This document shows positions 12,628 to 22,445 of a stretch of 32,000 bases of DNA, in pieces (position 1 is the stretch's first letter; the number at the start of each line of letters is the position of its first letter). A program made the translations under genes and the position numbers. Under the pieces are notes generated by a model. The model was given only the letters and a program-made list of their open reading frames with translations. It searched no databases and was not told the origin of the DNA. The stretch is from Wolbachia endosymbiont of Dirofilaria (Dirofilaria) immitis (GTDB taxonomy: Bacteria; Pseudomonadota; Alphaproteobacteria; Rickettsiales; Anaplasmataceae), in contig NZ_CP046578.1 in NCBI RefSeq assembly GCF_013365455.1, positions 180,001-212,000 of the forward strand, in the 5' to 3' direction.

Positions 12628-13284
12628 TTAACTACGTATAAAGCTTTTTAGGAAAGAGAGTGTTCCTGTTATAAGTTGTGACCCTTTAGCTATGACAATA
12701 AAGGTGAGTAACAGCGCACACAATGATATGAGAACTCCTAATATAGAGAGAAGCCCATCTTTACCCATAATACCAAGAGAAATAAAAGTTGTGCCAATTG
12801 CAGGAAGGAAGTGGGTAAAGGGTAGTGGAAGAGCTATTATTACTGCACAAAGTAACGTTGTAAGAGCTAAAATTTTTTCGCCAGGTCCATAGAAAATGAA
12901 AGATACTCTTGGCTTCATGGACTTTTCTATTTTTTTTAAAATAGGAGAAATTTTTTCTACTATGAGAATTACTATTGAGCGTTTAAGAGCTTTTTTTTCT
13001 AACCAATAAGGTACCCAAGGAGAATCAAGTCCGAATAAAAACTGCAGTGAAAGTAAGATTAGAGGTATAGAAAGTATAGTTGTATAACCAGGTAGCACAG
13101 GTATAGGTAGCGATAGTGGCAAGGAGAAGATAATCATTAAGATACTAAAACCGCGCTCATGTAAAGCTGTTTTGATGTCAAATAATGTTATTTCATTGCT
13201 GTTGGTGGTGTTGGTATGCACAATCTCTTTTAGAATATCGGAGGCTAATTTTTTATTTCTGATCAGCTTCTTACTTTTTTGCAT
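12628..13284 (-). CDS. Exopolysaccharide synthesis ExoD-like membrane protein, copy 2 (tandem paralog)
   Basis: Aligns end-to-end with copy 1. The ORF track starts at 13341; homology (MQKSKKLIRNKKLASDIL vs MCKKSERLTKNKKLVSDIL) supports a start at 13284. Confidence 0.83.
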   Translation of the reverse strand: MQKSKKLIRNKKLASDILKEIVHTNTTNSNEITLFDIKTALHERGFSILMIIFSLPLSLPIPVLPGYTTILSIPLILLSLQFLFGLDSPWVPYWLEKKALKRSIVILIVEKISPILKKIEKSMKPRVSFIFYGPGEKILALTTLLCAVIIALPLPFTHFLPAIGTTFISLGIMGKDGLLSILGVLISLCALLLTFIVIAKGSQLITGTLSFLKSFIRS

Positions 13285-13414
13285 AGTTGCCCTGGTGAAA
13301 ATTACTAACTTTAAGCTAACATGATTGCTCTTGTGTTTCAATCTATATTTTAGTCTATACTTATTTTTGAATGAATGACACGCACCTTAGTACGTGTCAC
13401 AAAGCATAAGGACG

Positions 13415-13582
13415 CTAACGATCTGGTTCGTTAGATGATAACTTCTCTGAATCCTTGAGTTCCTGTTTAAGGTTTTTAATGCCTTTTCCTAAATCACTCA
13501 TAACTTGCGGTAACCTACCTGCACCAAACAGAACTAAGATTATTATTAAGACTAAAAACAATTGCCATGGTCCTAAACTCAT
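13415..13582 (-). CDS. tatA: Sec-independent protein translocase TatA (55 aa; absent from the ORF track because of size)
   Basis: Reverse-strand translation [55 protein letters not shown], with GGAGG upstream of the ATG. Transmembrane helix plus FGAGRLP hinge and amphipathic helix. Confidence 0.93.
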   Translation of the reverse strand: MSLGPWQLFLVLIIILVLFGAGRLPQVMSDLGKGIKNLKQELKDSEKLSSNEPDR

Positions 13583-13778
13583 TTGTACCTCCATTTAAAA
13601 CGTTAAATTTAAGATATAAGAGCTTGACTTCAGTCAAGTGATGCATGGATTATATCACCTTTATTTAACTATAGGTTAAAATTTTTTGATCTATTTTGTA
13701 ACAGTTTTAGGCTGGATTATTTTTAGTAGCAAATATAGTATGAAAAGAAAACTTCTTGACTAACTATAAAGTAAAAAA

Positions 13779-14489
13779 TTAGCTGAAGAACTTTGCTGAT
13801 GTGTGGTCTTTCAGTTTGTGATATATGTCACTGGAGACTCCTGATTGAATAATTTTGCCATTTTTCATTACATAGATAGAGTCTGCGACTTTTAATGCTT
13901 CTTGTGGGTCATGGGTTACCATTAGCACAGGGATATTTTTGCTTCTAAAAAGAGATAAGACGTGGTGTCTTGTTTGGCATTTAAGCATTATATCTAAATT
14001 AGAAAATGGTTCATCGAGCAACACAACATCAGGATTTTGTGCCATTACTCTTGCTATTGCAACTAATTGTTGCTGACCTCCTGACAAAGCGTTAGAGTAC
14101 ATGTTTTCATATTTTGCTATGTTTAATAGCTTCAAAATTTCTAATGCAGTAAGGTACTTTTCTTTTTTAGAAGCACTACGAATAGCAAAAGTTATATTCT
14201 CTATGACTGTTTTGTGAGGAAATAATGCAGAATGTTGAAAAATCAATCCTACATTCCTGTGCTCTATTGCAATTGATGTATTATTGCTTGCTACTAATCT
14301 GTCATTTATAAAAATGGCACCAGATTTTGGATTTTCTATTCCTGCAATTAACTTCAAAATTGTTGACTTACCACAACCTGAATGTCCTAATAGGCAGGTG
14401 ACATTTCCTCGTTTTACTTCAATGTTTATATTGCTTAACGTAAAATCACCCTGGTTGCTATAAGAATAACTAATGTTGTTAATTAGCAT
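13779..14489 (-). CDS. ABC transporter ATP-binding protein (FbpC/iron(III)-type or similar)
   Basis: Walker A GHSGCGKST, signature ALSGGQQQLVAIARVMAQNPDVVLLDEPFSNLD, switch H 'VTHDPQEAL'. Substrate assignment is tentative. Confidence 0.9.
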   Translation of the reverse strand: MLINNISYSYSNQGDFTLSNINIEVKRGNVTCLLGHSGCGKSTILKLIAGIENPKSGAIFINDRLVASNNTSIAIEHRNVGLIFQHSALFPHKTVIENITFAIRSASKKEKYLTALEILKLLNIAKYENMYSNALSGGQQQLVAIARVMAQNPDVVLLDEPFSNLDIMLKCQTRHHVLSLFRSKNIPVLMVTHDPQEALKVADSIYVMKNGKIIQSGVSSDIYHKLKDHTSAKFFS

Positions 14490-14631
14490 TAACCTGAAAC
14501 TATTTTATAAAAAATAATAACGTGATATTCAAGGAATGTACAGAAATGTTTTTGTTATAAGTTAGTTATAAAAAGAATCTAGAAAAATAAGGAGTTTTTT
14601 TGTTATGATCATGTGAAATAATAGGAAATAC

Positions 14632-14705
14632 GGGGCTATAGCTCAGTAGGATAGAGCATTGGATTCCTAATCCGAAGGCCGTGCGTTCGAATCGCACTAG
14701 CCCTA
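14632..14705 (+). tRNA. tRNA-Arg (anticodon CCT)
   Basis: Cloverleaf: acceptor GGGGCTA/TAGCCCT, D arm GCTC..GAGC, anticodon stem TTGGA-TTCCTAA-TCCGA, T arm GTGCG-TTCGAAT-CGCAC, discriminator A. Confidence 0.95.
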
Positions 14706-15658
14706 CTGTGATGCTCTGTTGACTTATTATGCTATTTTTATGTTTTTGAAGAGAATTATAGTTTAGCTTATAGTTGTATAAACACTACGGTGTTTGTGCA
14801 GGTACGGTAGGTAATATCATCTAAGATCTAAAAAAATAGATTCTAATATCTCACATATTGGAATTATGCCATTTGTTGTAAAAGAAAATTTCTATTTATG
14901 AATTGCTTTAATGTTTAAGAAGCTTACTAGGTAAAAAAGGCAAAAGACCTTATACAGCTAATTATCTGCTATCTATCTTACTTGTGTGTTGGCATTTTTA
15001 GTGCTTTTAAGTATTTAGTAAAGCGCAATTCATAATGCTAGCTATACGTGTTAGATAACATGTAAAAAATATATAGTGCAGGAAGTTAAATATGGCATAT
15101 ATGAAATTTTTTTGTAATGGGCCCATTACAAAAGTAGTACTGAAATTTTGGTATCATATAGGAGGGGTGGCAAAATTTGTCAAGTAGTTTTTGTTATTAT
15201 GAGTCAGGTTGTTTTTAAATATATTGAGAGTTTTATTTATTATTTCACTTGTATTTACCTTAATTTGAGTATACTCTAATTTTGCCACTGTTTTAAATTG
15301 GCTTAATGCCTAGTTCAGGTAATATGTTGACAAATTTGCTAGCAATATTTTACTACTGATTATTAAGGCTAAGCTATCGGCTGACAATTTTATATTTTGC
15401 TTGTATATATCAATCTATAGTGTATGGGTCATTTATTAAATGGTACGCTTAGTTGTGCATACAATATTTATGCTAAAAACCTTATATTATTATCTGCTTC
15501 TATGTCGCTAACACCAGTAAAAAGCTATATATTTTATGGCAATTTTTGCAGCTTTTTTTATCTCAGATAATTTATTAACGGCAAAGCAGGTGAGAAAAAT
15601 GGAGAGACTAGTACAAATAAATTTATCAATGCTTAAAGTATGCTTGATCTTTGTATCC

Positions 15659-15988
15659 TTAATTATTATTAGAATTATTATTAGGCTTCCAGCTCTTATA
15701 GTAGTTTTGTACTTTTTGGTTGGGGTGATATGCATCTTTTTTGATCGTCAAATTAAGAATATGTTTTACTTTCCTTGTTTTATCATTAACTGGCACTGCA
15801 TTATCAGTATAATGAAGCCATACATGCCACTCCGGAGGTACTACTGTAGGTTCAGGAACACTGCTATATATAACCCACCTTTTTCCTGTACTTGACTCGT
15901 AGTAAGAATTTTTGTTTTTGTCTCTTCCTACAAATTTATCTTCTTTTCGTAATAAACATTTTATTACATTAGAAATTTTGGGTAACAT
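15659..15988 (-). CDS. NADH:ubiquinone oxidoreductase subunit NDUFA12 (B17.2) family protein
   Basis: 'SSTGKRWVIYSSVPEPTVVPPEWHVWLHYTDNAVP' matches the conserved NDUFA12 core (...PPEWH.WLH...). Confidence 0.88.
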   Translation of the reverse strand: MLPKISNVIKCLLRKEDKFVGRDKNKNSYYESSTGKRWVIYSSVPEPTVVPPEWHVWLHYTDNAVPVNDKTRKVKHILNLTIKKDAYHPNQKVQNYYKSWKPNNNSNNN

Positions 15989-16052
15989 AAAGCTATTAAA
16001 ACAAAAAGTATTATATATACTAATGCTTTAACGCTCCGTTAACAATAATTTA

Positions 16053-17519
16053 ATGCAATTGCCAATCTTACAAGTTATTATACCAATAATTGCATCAATG
16101 TTTTGCTCTTTTGTTAGAGAAGATAAAGTGTCGTGGTTTATCTCTTTTACTACAACAGCAGCTACTCTTTTTGTTTCATCGATACTACTTATGAAAACTT
16201 GTGATGGTGAAGTTATAACTTATTACCTTGGGGATTTTGCTCCTGCATACGGGATAGAGTTAAGGATTGATATGTTAAATTCCTTAATTCTAACTCTAGT
16301 AAATTTTATAGCGCTGATAAGTGTTCTTTATAGTTTTCGTGTTAACAAAAAGGAGATTAGCAAAAACAAAATCACTGGTTTTTACTCTTTATTTCTGTTG
16401 TGCTTAAGTGGACTGCTTGGGATTTTGGTAACAAATGATATATTCAATCTTTATGTTTTTTTAGAAATCTCATCTCTTTCTTCTTATGTGCTAGTTTCAA
16501 TGGGAAAGGATAAAAAAGCTTTAGTTGCAGCGTTAGAATATCTGATTAGTGGAACGATAGGTGCAACGTTTTACTTATTTGGTATCGGGCTGTTGTATTC
16601 TATGACTGGTACGCTCAATATGTCTGATATGGCTGAGAGGATAGTGCCGCTATATGATAATAATATTATAAAGCTTGGCACATTGTTTATTTTTGTTGGT
16701 CTCTCAATCAAGATGGCACTGTTTCCATTGAGTAAGTGGCTAGTTAATTCATACAGTGAAGCTCCTAGTTTTATTAGTATATTTTTTTCGGGTACAGTAA
16801 CTAAAGTTATGATATATGTTTTTATTAGAATCTTTTATACTGTTTTTCATCAAAACTTTTTTTTACTCAAACCACCATTAAACAACATAATAGTTACACT
16901 TGCACTTTGTGCTATTGTATTTGGGTCGATATTTGCAATGACTGCAAAAGACATGAAGAGGTTACTTGCTAACTCCAGTATTAGCCAGATTGGCTATATA
17001 GTTTTAATGCTGAGTTTAAACTCAAAAACAGGTTTGTTTGCAGCAGTTCTCCATATAATAAATCACAGTATAATAAAAACGTCTTTATTCATGACTGCAG
17101 GATGTATTTCTTATAAGTTTGACTCAACGAAAGTAGAAAATTTATCAGGACTCGAAAAATCAATGCCTTATATAACATTTGCGTTTACTCTGCTTGGATT
17201 AGCATTGATTGGTATGCCTTTAACTAGTGGTTTTGTAAGTAAGTGGTATATGATGAAAGCAATTATTGAATCTCGTGCATGGATTTCTCTTGTAGTTTTC
17301 GCTACAGGTTCTTTTCTTGCATTAATATATATATGGCAAACGGTGGAAAGAATGTATTTTGGGAATGATGCAACATTACACACTAGAATGACGCTTGGAC
17401 AAGCTAATGAGGTGCCATTGCCTATGCTTTTTTGCTTACTATTTATGGCTGTTTTAACAATAGTAATTGGAATATATACTAATCCAGTTCGTTCAGTAGT
17501 TGAAAAATTGGTTTTTTGA
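16053..17519 (+). CDS. Monovalent cation/H+ antiporter subunit D family protein (MrpD/MnhD-like)
   Basis: Proton-conducting membrane domain: 'IFNLYVFLEISSLSSYVLVSMGKDKKALVAALEYLISGTIGATFYLFGIGLLYSMTGTLNM...GLSIKMALFPLSKWLVNSYSEAPSFISIFFSG...NHSIIKTSLFMTAG'. Confidence 0.92.
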   Translation: MQLPILQVIIPIIASMFCSFVREDKVSWFISFTTTAATLFVSSILLMKTCDGEVITYYLGDFAPAYGIELRIDMLNSLILTLVNFIALISVLYSFRVNKKEISKNKITGFYSLFLLCLSGLLGILVTNDIFNLYVFLEISSLSSYVLVSMGKDKKALVAALEYLISGTIGATFYLFGIGLLYSMTGTLNMSDMAERIVPLYDNNIIKLGTLFIFVGLSIKMALFPLSKWLVNSYSEAPSFISIFFSGTVTKVMIYVFIRIFYTVFHQNFFLLKPPLNNIIVTLALCAIVFGSIFAMTAKDMKRLLANSSISQIGYIVLMLSLNSKTGLFAAVLHIINHSIIKTSLFMTAGCISYKFDSTKVENLSGLEKSMPYITFAFTLLGLALIGMPLTSGFVSKWYMMKAIIESRAWISLVVFATGSFLALIYIWQTVERMYFGNDATLHTRMTLGQANEVPLPMLFCLLFMAVLTIVIGIYTNPVRSVVEKLVF

Positions 17520-17590
17520 TTTTTACCTTTACTTCATGTTTTACTGTGCTATAAGGCATAAGAGCTTTTGCTATAGATAGGAGATAGATT

Positions 17591-18709
17591 GTGAAAAAGG
17601 TTCATTGGTTATTAGTTATTAATGTGATAGCTTTGTTTTGTATTGGTATTGTTATTCAATATTCTTCTGCTGGAGGGAAATGGGTGCCATTTGCAGTTCA
17701 TCAGCTGGCTGTATTCTCTTTTTTTTTTCTACTAGCTATAGCTATGTCATTCATAGAGCTAAGTTTTTACTTAAAATATGCTTATTTTTTTTATATAGCA
17801 GCAATAATTGCACTGTTAGTAGTGAATTTTTTTGGTTTGTCTGTAATGGGTTCAACAAGGTGGATAAAAATCGGGTCAGTTAGTTTACAACCATCAGAAT
17901 TTGCAAAAGTAGGATTGATGCTTGCACTTGCTCGTTATTTTAGTGAGCAAAGCTTGTATAAAATGATGGAATTTCAAAAATTGTTTAAGGCGCTTATAAT
18001 TGTTTTCTTGCCTGTGTTCTTAGTATTAAAGCAACCGAATTTGGGCACAGCTATGATAATGTTATTTATAGGAGCATCAATTATATTTACATCAATAATA
18101 AAAGGGTACCATTTAATAGTTTTTGGGGTGTTTGGTATTCTTATGATACCAGCTATTTGGTCTTTTTTACGTCCCTATCATAAACAAAGGATACTATCGT
18201 TTCTGGATTCATCAACAGATCCGCTTGGAATAGGTTATACTGCACAGCAATCTCAGATAGCTATTGGTTCTGGAGGTTTGCTTGGTAAAGGATTTGTTAG
18301 TGGAAGTCAAACTCAACTTGGATTTTTGCCGGAGAGGTGTACAGATTTCGCTTTTGCAGTACTTGGTGAAGAGTGGGGATTCTTAGGTAGCATGGCTTTG
18401 GTTTTTCTTTATACTATGTTACTTGCAATAATATTCTTTATTGCTTATGGATCAAAAAATTACTTTTCTAAGTTACTATCTATTGGAATTTTTTCTTTTT
18501 TTGGTGCTCATTTTTTTATAAATATTGGGATGACAATAAGCCTTTTACCTATAATAGGGGATCCATTGCCGTTCCTATCTTATGGAGGGAGCACAACTGC
18601 TTCAAGCTTAATATGTATAGGATTACTGTTTAATTGTGTAACTTCTGAAGAGAATTTAAGGCTGAACTCCCGATTTTGCTCAGCAAGAAGATTTATAGTT
18701 AGGATATGA
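17591..18709 (+). CDS. rodA: Rod shape-determining protein RodA (SEDS family); GTG start
   Basis: 'GSTRWIKIGSVSLQPSEFAKVGLMLALARYF', 'KQPNLGTAMIML', 'GKGFVSGSQTQLGFLPERCTDFAFAVLGEEWGFLG', 'LPFLSYGGSTTASS'. Confidence 0.94.
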   Translation: MKKVHWLLVINVIALFCIGIVIQYSSAGGKWVPFAVHQLAVFSFFFLLAIAMSFIELSFYLKYAYFFYIAAIIALLVVNFFGLSVMGSTRWIKIGSVSLQPSEFAKVGLMLALARYFSEQSLYKMMEFQKLFKALIIVFLPVFLVLKQPNLGTAMIMLFIGASIIFTSIIKGYHLIVFGVFGILMIPAIWSFLRPYHKQRILSFLDSSTDPLGIGYTAQQSQIAIGSGGLLGKGFVSGSQTQLGFLPERCTDFAFAVLGEEWGFLGSMALVFLYTMLLAIIFFIAYGSKNYFSKLLSIGIFSFFGAHFFINIGMTISLLPIIGDPLPFLSYGGSTTASSLICIGLLFNCVTSEENLRLNSRFCSARRFIVRI

Positions 18710-19349
18710 TATCAGTACATATTCTTGCTCTATGGGGTACTTTGCCAGCTCTAGCCTTTAATTATTTCTCCTGGGGTAATTTCTTGTATAGTCTTCGACA
18801 GTGTGCCTAGGAACATGTAACTGTTAGAAACCTCTCAATAGACTTTGCTAACTTCTATTATCATAATATGTGAAAGGTGTTCGATTATCTTTGGTCTGTG
18901 TAGATTAAGCGGTAGAGTTATTACCATAATTAATATTTTGTATTTGATTTTTTATATTATGTGTATCTTGCGTTTTTATTACCTTGCCTGGGGGTGGGAA
19001 ACTTGGACTTTTAAGTTTTCAACTGAGATGCGCTTGTAAGTAGTTTGAGGTAGTATGAAATGTTAATTTGCAAGGTTAGAAAGCAAAAAACTGTCTAACC
19101 ACATGAATTCTTTTTCCTTTTTTCTGTCTGGTAAATTTCTTAGCTATTTATAGCTAAGGTAACTTAAAAGTTTCAAAGTGTTTTTCAATTAATGGAGTTA
19201 AAAAATTAAGTCCGGCTTAGCCAGATCTTAGGTTGGATAAAAAAGATGGTCTTGGTAAAATTCCTCTGTAGTGAGTCTTTTTAGTTTGAGCTATCAGTTT
19301 GCTTTTTTTATATTCTGATTTATTTGAATTTTTATATGAACTAATTGTC

Positions 19350-19555
19350 TTATATACTTTGTTTAACTTCTTTAAAGTTAGCTGCTGCAGTACATAACCC
19401 TATTACTACAGCAAAAGCTAAAGTGGTGAAAATTAAAAATCCCTCTGCCGACTTTTCTTTTTGTGTAATAGCGTGCAACTTGTCTAGCCTTTATGGATTT
19501 CATATAATAACTGCTGCAGTTTGTGCACTTTACTTTCTCTTTCAAACTCACTTAT
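19350..19555 (-). pseudogene. Candidate decayed small membrane-protein gene (frameshift, lost start)
   Basis: Minus strand reads ..ISEFERESKVHKLQQLLYEIHKG(*) then, one base out of frame, LDKLHAITQKEKSAEGFLIFTTLAFAVVIGLCTAAANFKEVKQSI*. Coding-like on both sides of the shift. Confidence 0.4.
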
Positions 19556-19686
19556 TTACTTTAGAGATACTCTAAGTAAGTTCTAGTGTAATTATTATAT
19601 TTTATTTTTACAGCATTATATGTAAAATAATAACAAGTTTATATTATACGACGCTATGTAAACTTATTATTGTTAATATATAATAA

Positions 19687-20517
19687 ATGGAAAGCTTGCA
19701 GCTAGATAAAATACAGAACGATGTAGAAAATATTTGGAGAAATAGAAATCAGCTTATTAACTGTAGTGTGAAAGTAACAGCAAAAGCTCCAATTAAAGAG
19801 GTAGTTAGGCTTCTCGAGTGTGGTAAAGTTAGAGTAGCAGAAAAGCTATCAAATGGGGAGTGGGTAGTCCATATATGGATAAAGCAAGCAATATTATTAC
19901 ACTTTCTTACTGAAAAAAGTAGAATGATAGGTAACAGTGATTGGTGGTTTGATAAGATCAGTAGTAGGTTTGATGGATGGAGTAAAGAAAGATTTCTCCA
20001 GTCGAAAATTAGAGTGGTTCCTGGATGTTTTGTCCGCCAGTCTGCTTACATAGGTACAAATGTTGTTCTTATGCCAAGCTTTATTAATGTTGGTGCTTAT
20101 ATTGGTTCAGGTACAATGATAGATACCTGGTCGACAGTTGGTAGTTGTGCGCAAATAGGAGAGAGTTGCCATATTTCTGGGGGAGTAGGAATTGGTGGAG
20201 TCTTAGAGCCTATTCAAGCTTCTCCAGTTATTATAGAGGATAATTGTTTTATAGGGGCGCGTAGTGAAGTGACTGAAGGTGTTATAATAAGAGAAGGATC
20301 AGTTTTAGGTATGGGGGTTTTTATTGGAGCATCAACAAAAATTATTGATAGAGAAACCGGTGAGGTACTTTATGGCGAAGTTCCGCCTTACTCTGTAGTA
20401 GTGCCAGGATCTACTTCACCTAAAAATAACATTTCAACCTATTGCGTAGTTATAGTAAAAAAGGTGGATGCAAAGACAAGGTCGAAAACCTCTGTAAATG
20501 AGATATTAAGGAGTTAG
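19687..20517 (+). CDS. dapD: 2,3,4,5-tetrahydropyridine-2,6-dicarboxylate N-succinyltransferase
   Basis: '[92 protein letters not shown]': left-handed beta-helix DapD pattern. Confidence 0.97.
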   Translation: MESLQLDKIQNDVENIWRNRNQLINCSVKVTAKAPIKEVVRLLECGKVRVAEKLSNGEWVVHIWIKQAILLHFLTEKSRMIGNSDWWFDKISSRFDGWSKERFLQSKIRVVPGCFVRQSAYIGTNVVLMPSFINVGAYIGSGTMIDTWSTVGSCAQIGESCHISGGVGIGGVLEPIQASPVIIEDNCFIGARSEVTEGVIIREGSVLGMGVFIGASTKIIDRETGEVLYGEVPPYSVVVPGSTSPKNNISTYCVVIVKKVDAKTRSKTSVNEILRS

Positions 20518-20663
20518 GTTATAATAATTATCCTATTAATTAGCTCTGATTTATTGGATTGAGTTTTGTTTCTATTAGAAAAATCTGCAATCTCGAAAAT
20601 TCTGTTTTTGTCCACTTGTGCAAAGCTGTATGCTAGTACAGGGCTTAAAATTAAATAGTTTGG
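20514..20663 (-). pseudogene. Candidate gene remnant antisense to and downstream of dapD
   Basis: Stop-to-stop frame without a start: [49 protein letters not shown]. Preceded in another frame by SLELFKKFFTITVSQINQTI*. Confidence 0.3.
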
Positions 20664-20857
20664 TTAATCTGACTAACTGTAATAGTAAAAAATTTTTTAA
20701 ATAGCTCCAGACTTTACGTTGTTTGGGATCGATTGGATAGATTGGATAATGGATATTCTTCTTTACCTATAGGCTATTGAATATTCTCAAGCGCGATTGC
20801 TATGCCTTTTCTATAAAATAATTAATTTACTCTGAAAAACATCTGTTTCACTCTGTT

Positions 20858-21302
20858 CTATGTAATATGGTTATATGATAGACATATGCTTATCGCTTTA
20901 TAATGGGCTGCTAGATTTTTTTTAGCGTAATATTCTGAATAAGATTTCTTTTGTGTTGTCTCTTTATCGGGATTTAGAATTAACATGGTTAGCAATCTTG
21001 TAGCATAGTTATCACTGTCATAGCATGTGCGAATTATTACATGTTAGTAGGTGCATCCATGATGCCTACAATAATTGTAGTAGAGCATTTTTTTCAGTTA
21101 AGAATCCAATTCACTGTGCTATTTTACAAGCCTTGTACTTTGGCACGTTTTTTGCCTCCGTGGTATATAAGTAATTATTCGTGTGCGGCTTATAAGTAAC
21201 ATTTTATCCATCATTATATGCTATTAGCTTCGCTTTAAATTTTCTACTTGCCATATTCAGAGTATAAAGTGTTTGAATAGCATTTTTAGTAATAAATATT
21301 CC
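20858..21302 (-). pseudogene. Candidate degraded protein-coding gene (in-frame stops plus frameshift), family unknown
   Basis: Frame A (21302->21066): GIFITKNAIQTLYTLNMASRKFKAKLIAYNDG*NVTYKPHTNNYLYTTEAKNVPKYKACKIAQ*IGFLTEKNALLQLL*. Frame B (21043->20858): HVIIRTCYDSDNYATRLLTMLILNPDKETTQKKSYSEYYAKKNLAAHYKAISICLSYNHIT*. No valid start codon covers either. Confidence 0.5.
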
Positions 21303-21683
21303 TTTTGCTGTCCATTATTCAATAACTTAAGTTAAAACTATGTTATATAGTACCCTTTAACCTACTTAGTGCTTGGGAATAAAATTCTTTTCAATCATAG
21401 TGTGGAATGGTATTATAGTATTGAGTATACAGTTTCATAAAGAACTAGGCAGTGGCACTAAGATTAATGACAATGTTTTTTTGTTACTCAATCTTCATAA
21501 GGCAGCTAGCAATTTTAGAAGTAACTGGATAGTTTAGCATAAATTTAATCAAGTATAATATTTATGTTACGTTACTTTTATACTATGTTGATACAATTTA
21601 GATACACAACAGTTATGGATTGGGCATCTATATGATCTTAACGTAAGGTTTAGGTGGTAGAAAATGCTAGAGATGTAACCATA

Positions 21684-21968
21684 CTATTTTTTTCTGGTAT
21701 TTGTTTTATCACTATTGTTAATCACAGTTATAGCATATGTACATAACTCCGGAAGAGAGATTCCATTTTCTTTAGATAATTTGTGCAATTTTTGAAGGCT
21801 TTCTTTTACTTTACTAGGTATATTACCACCACGTTCCTTTGTAAGCCAGGAATCCTGATGGTGAATCGGATGAGTATCATTTTTTGGGTTTCCTATATAT
21901 ATCGCAAAAGGTGAAGTTTGTCCTCTGAAGTCACATTGCACAGTAAATTTTTTTATAGAGTTAGCCAT
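21684..21968 (-). CDS. DUF2610-like conserved Rickettsiales protein
   Basis: 'KKFTVQCDFRGQTSPFAIYIGNPKNDTHPIHHQDSWLTKERGGNIPSKVKESLQKLHKLSKENGISLPELCTYAI'. Confidence 0.8.
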   Translation of the reverse strand: MANSIKKFTVQCDFRGQTSPFAIYIGNPKNDTHPIHHQDSWLTKERGGNIPSKVKESLQKLHKLSKENGISLPELCTYAITVINNSDKTNTRKK

Positions 21969-22341
21969 CTAAAAAACCTCTAATTTTCTTCTTGATTGGT
22001 TTTACAGCTGGTGTAGGAGATAGTTTCCTTATAGAGTCTTGTTTACTGACAACATTTTCTTTGTCTATAAGAAATTGAAGAACGTCAGCTCTACTTAGTT
22101 GTGACTCTTTTGCTACTTTCATTCCATATTTTGCCATAATGTTAGCATGTGCTAGCACTTTTTTTGCTAATTCTAGGTCACCGTTCAGCATTTGAACTAG
22201 TGCTTGAAATACCTCCACTAAAGTTAGCCCATCAGTGCTTATAACTTTGTTTTTTGCAAAATTGGTAATTTCCTCGAGTTTATACTCAACACTGTCATCT
22301 GGGTTTATGGAAGTAGTGTGATTAATATCCTGATCATTCAT
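21961..22341 (-). CDS. Hypothetical protein (126 aa) translationally coupled to the DUF2610-like gene
   Basis: Coding-like ORF; its 3' end overlaps the start of 21684..21968 by 8 nt, an operon-like arrangement. Confidence 0.8.
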   Translation of the reverse strand: MNDQDINHTTSINPDDSVEYKLEEITNFAKNKVISTDGLTLVEVFQALVQMLNGDLELAKKVLAHANIMAKYGMKVAKESQLSRADVLQFLIDKENVVSKQDSIRKLSPTPAVKPIKKKIRGFLDG

Positions 22342-22445
22342 AATTAAAGTACTATTGTTAGTAAGCTTTTAAGTTTATACTATACATGTAAATTACTCTA
22401 CTAATTTGTATTGTGGCACATGATAATTAAACATTTATTAATGAT

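Noticed and set aside
15536-15895. 119-aa plus-strand hydrophobic ORF
   Set aside because: Antisense to the NDUFA12-like gene, whose conserved 'PPEWHVWLHY' core is on the minus strand.
19345-19575. 76-aa plus-strand ORF
   Set aside because: The minus strand of the same region gives a more convincing (frameshifted) membrane protein, so the plus ORF is probably a by-product.
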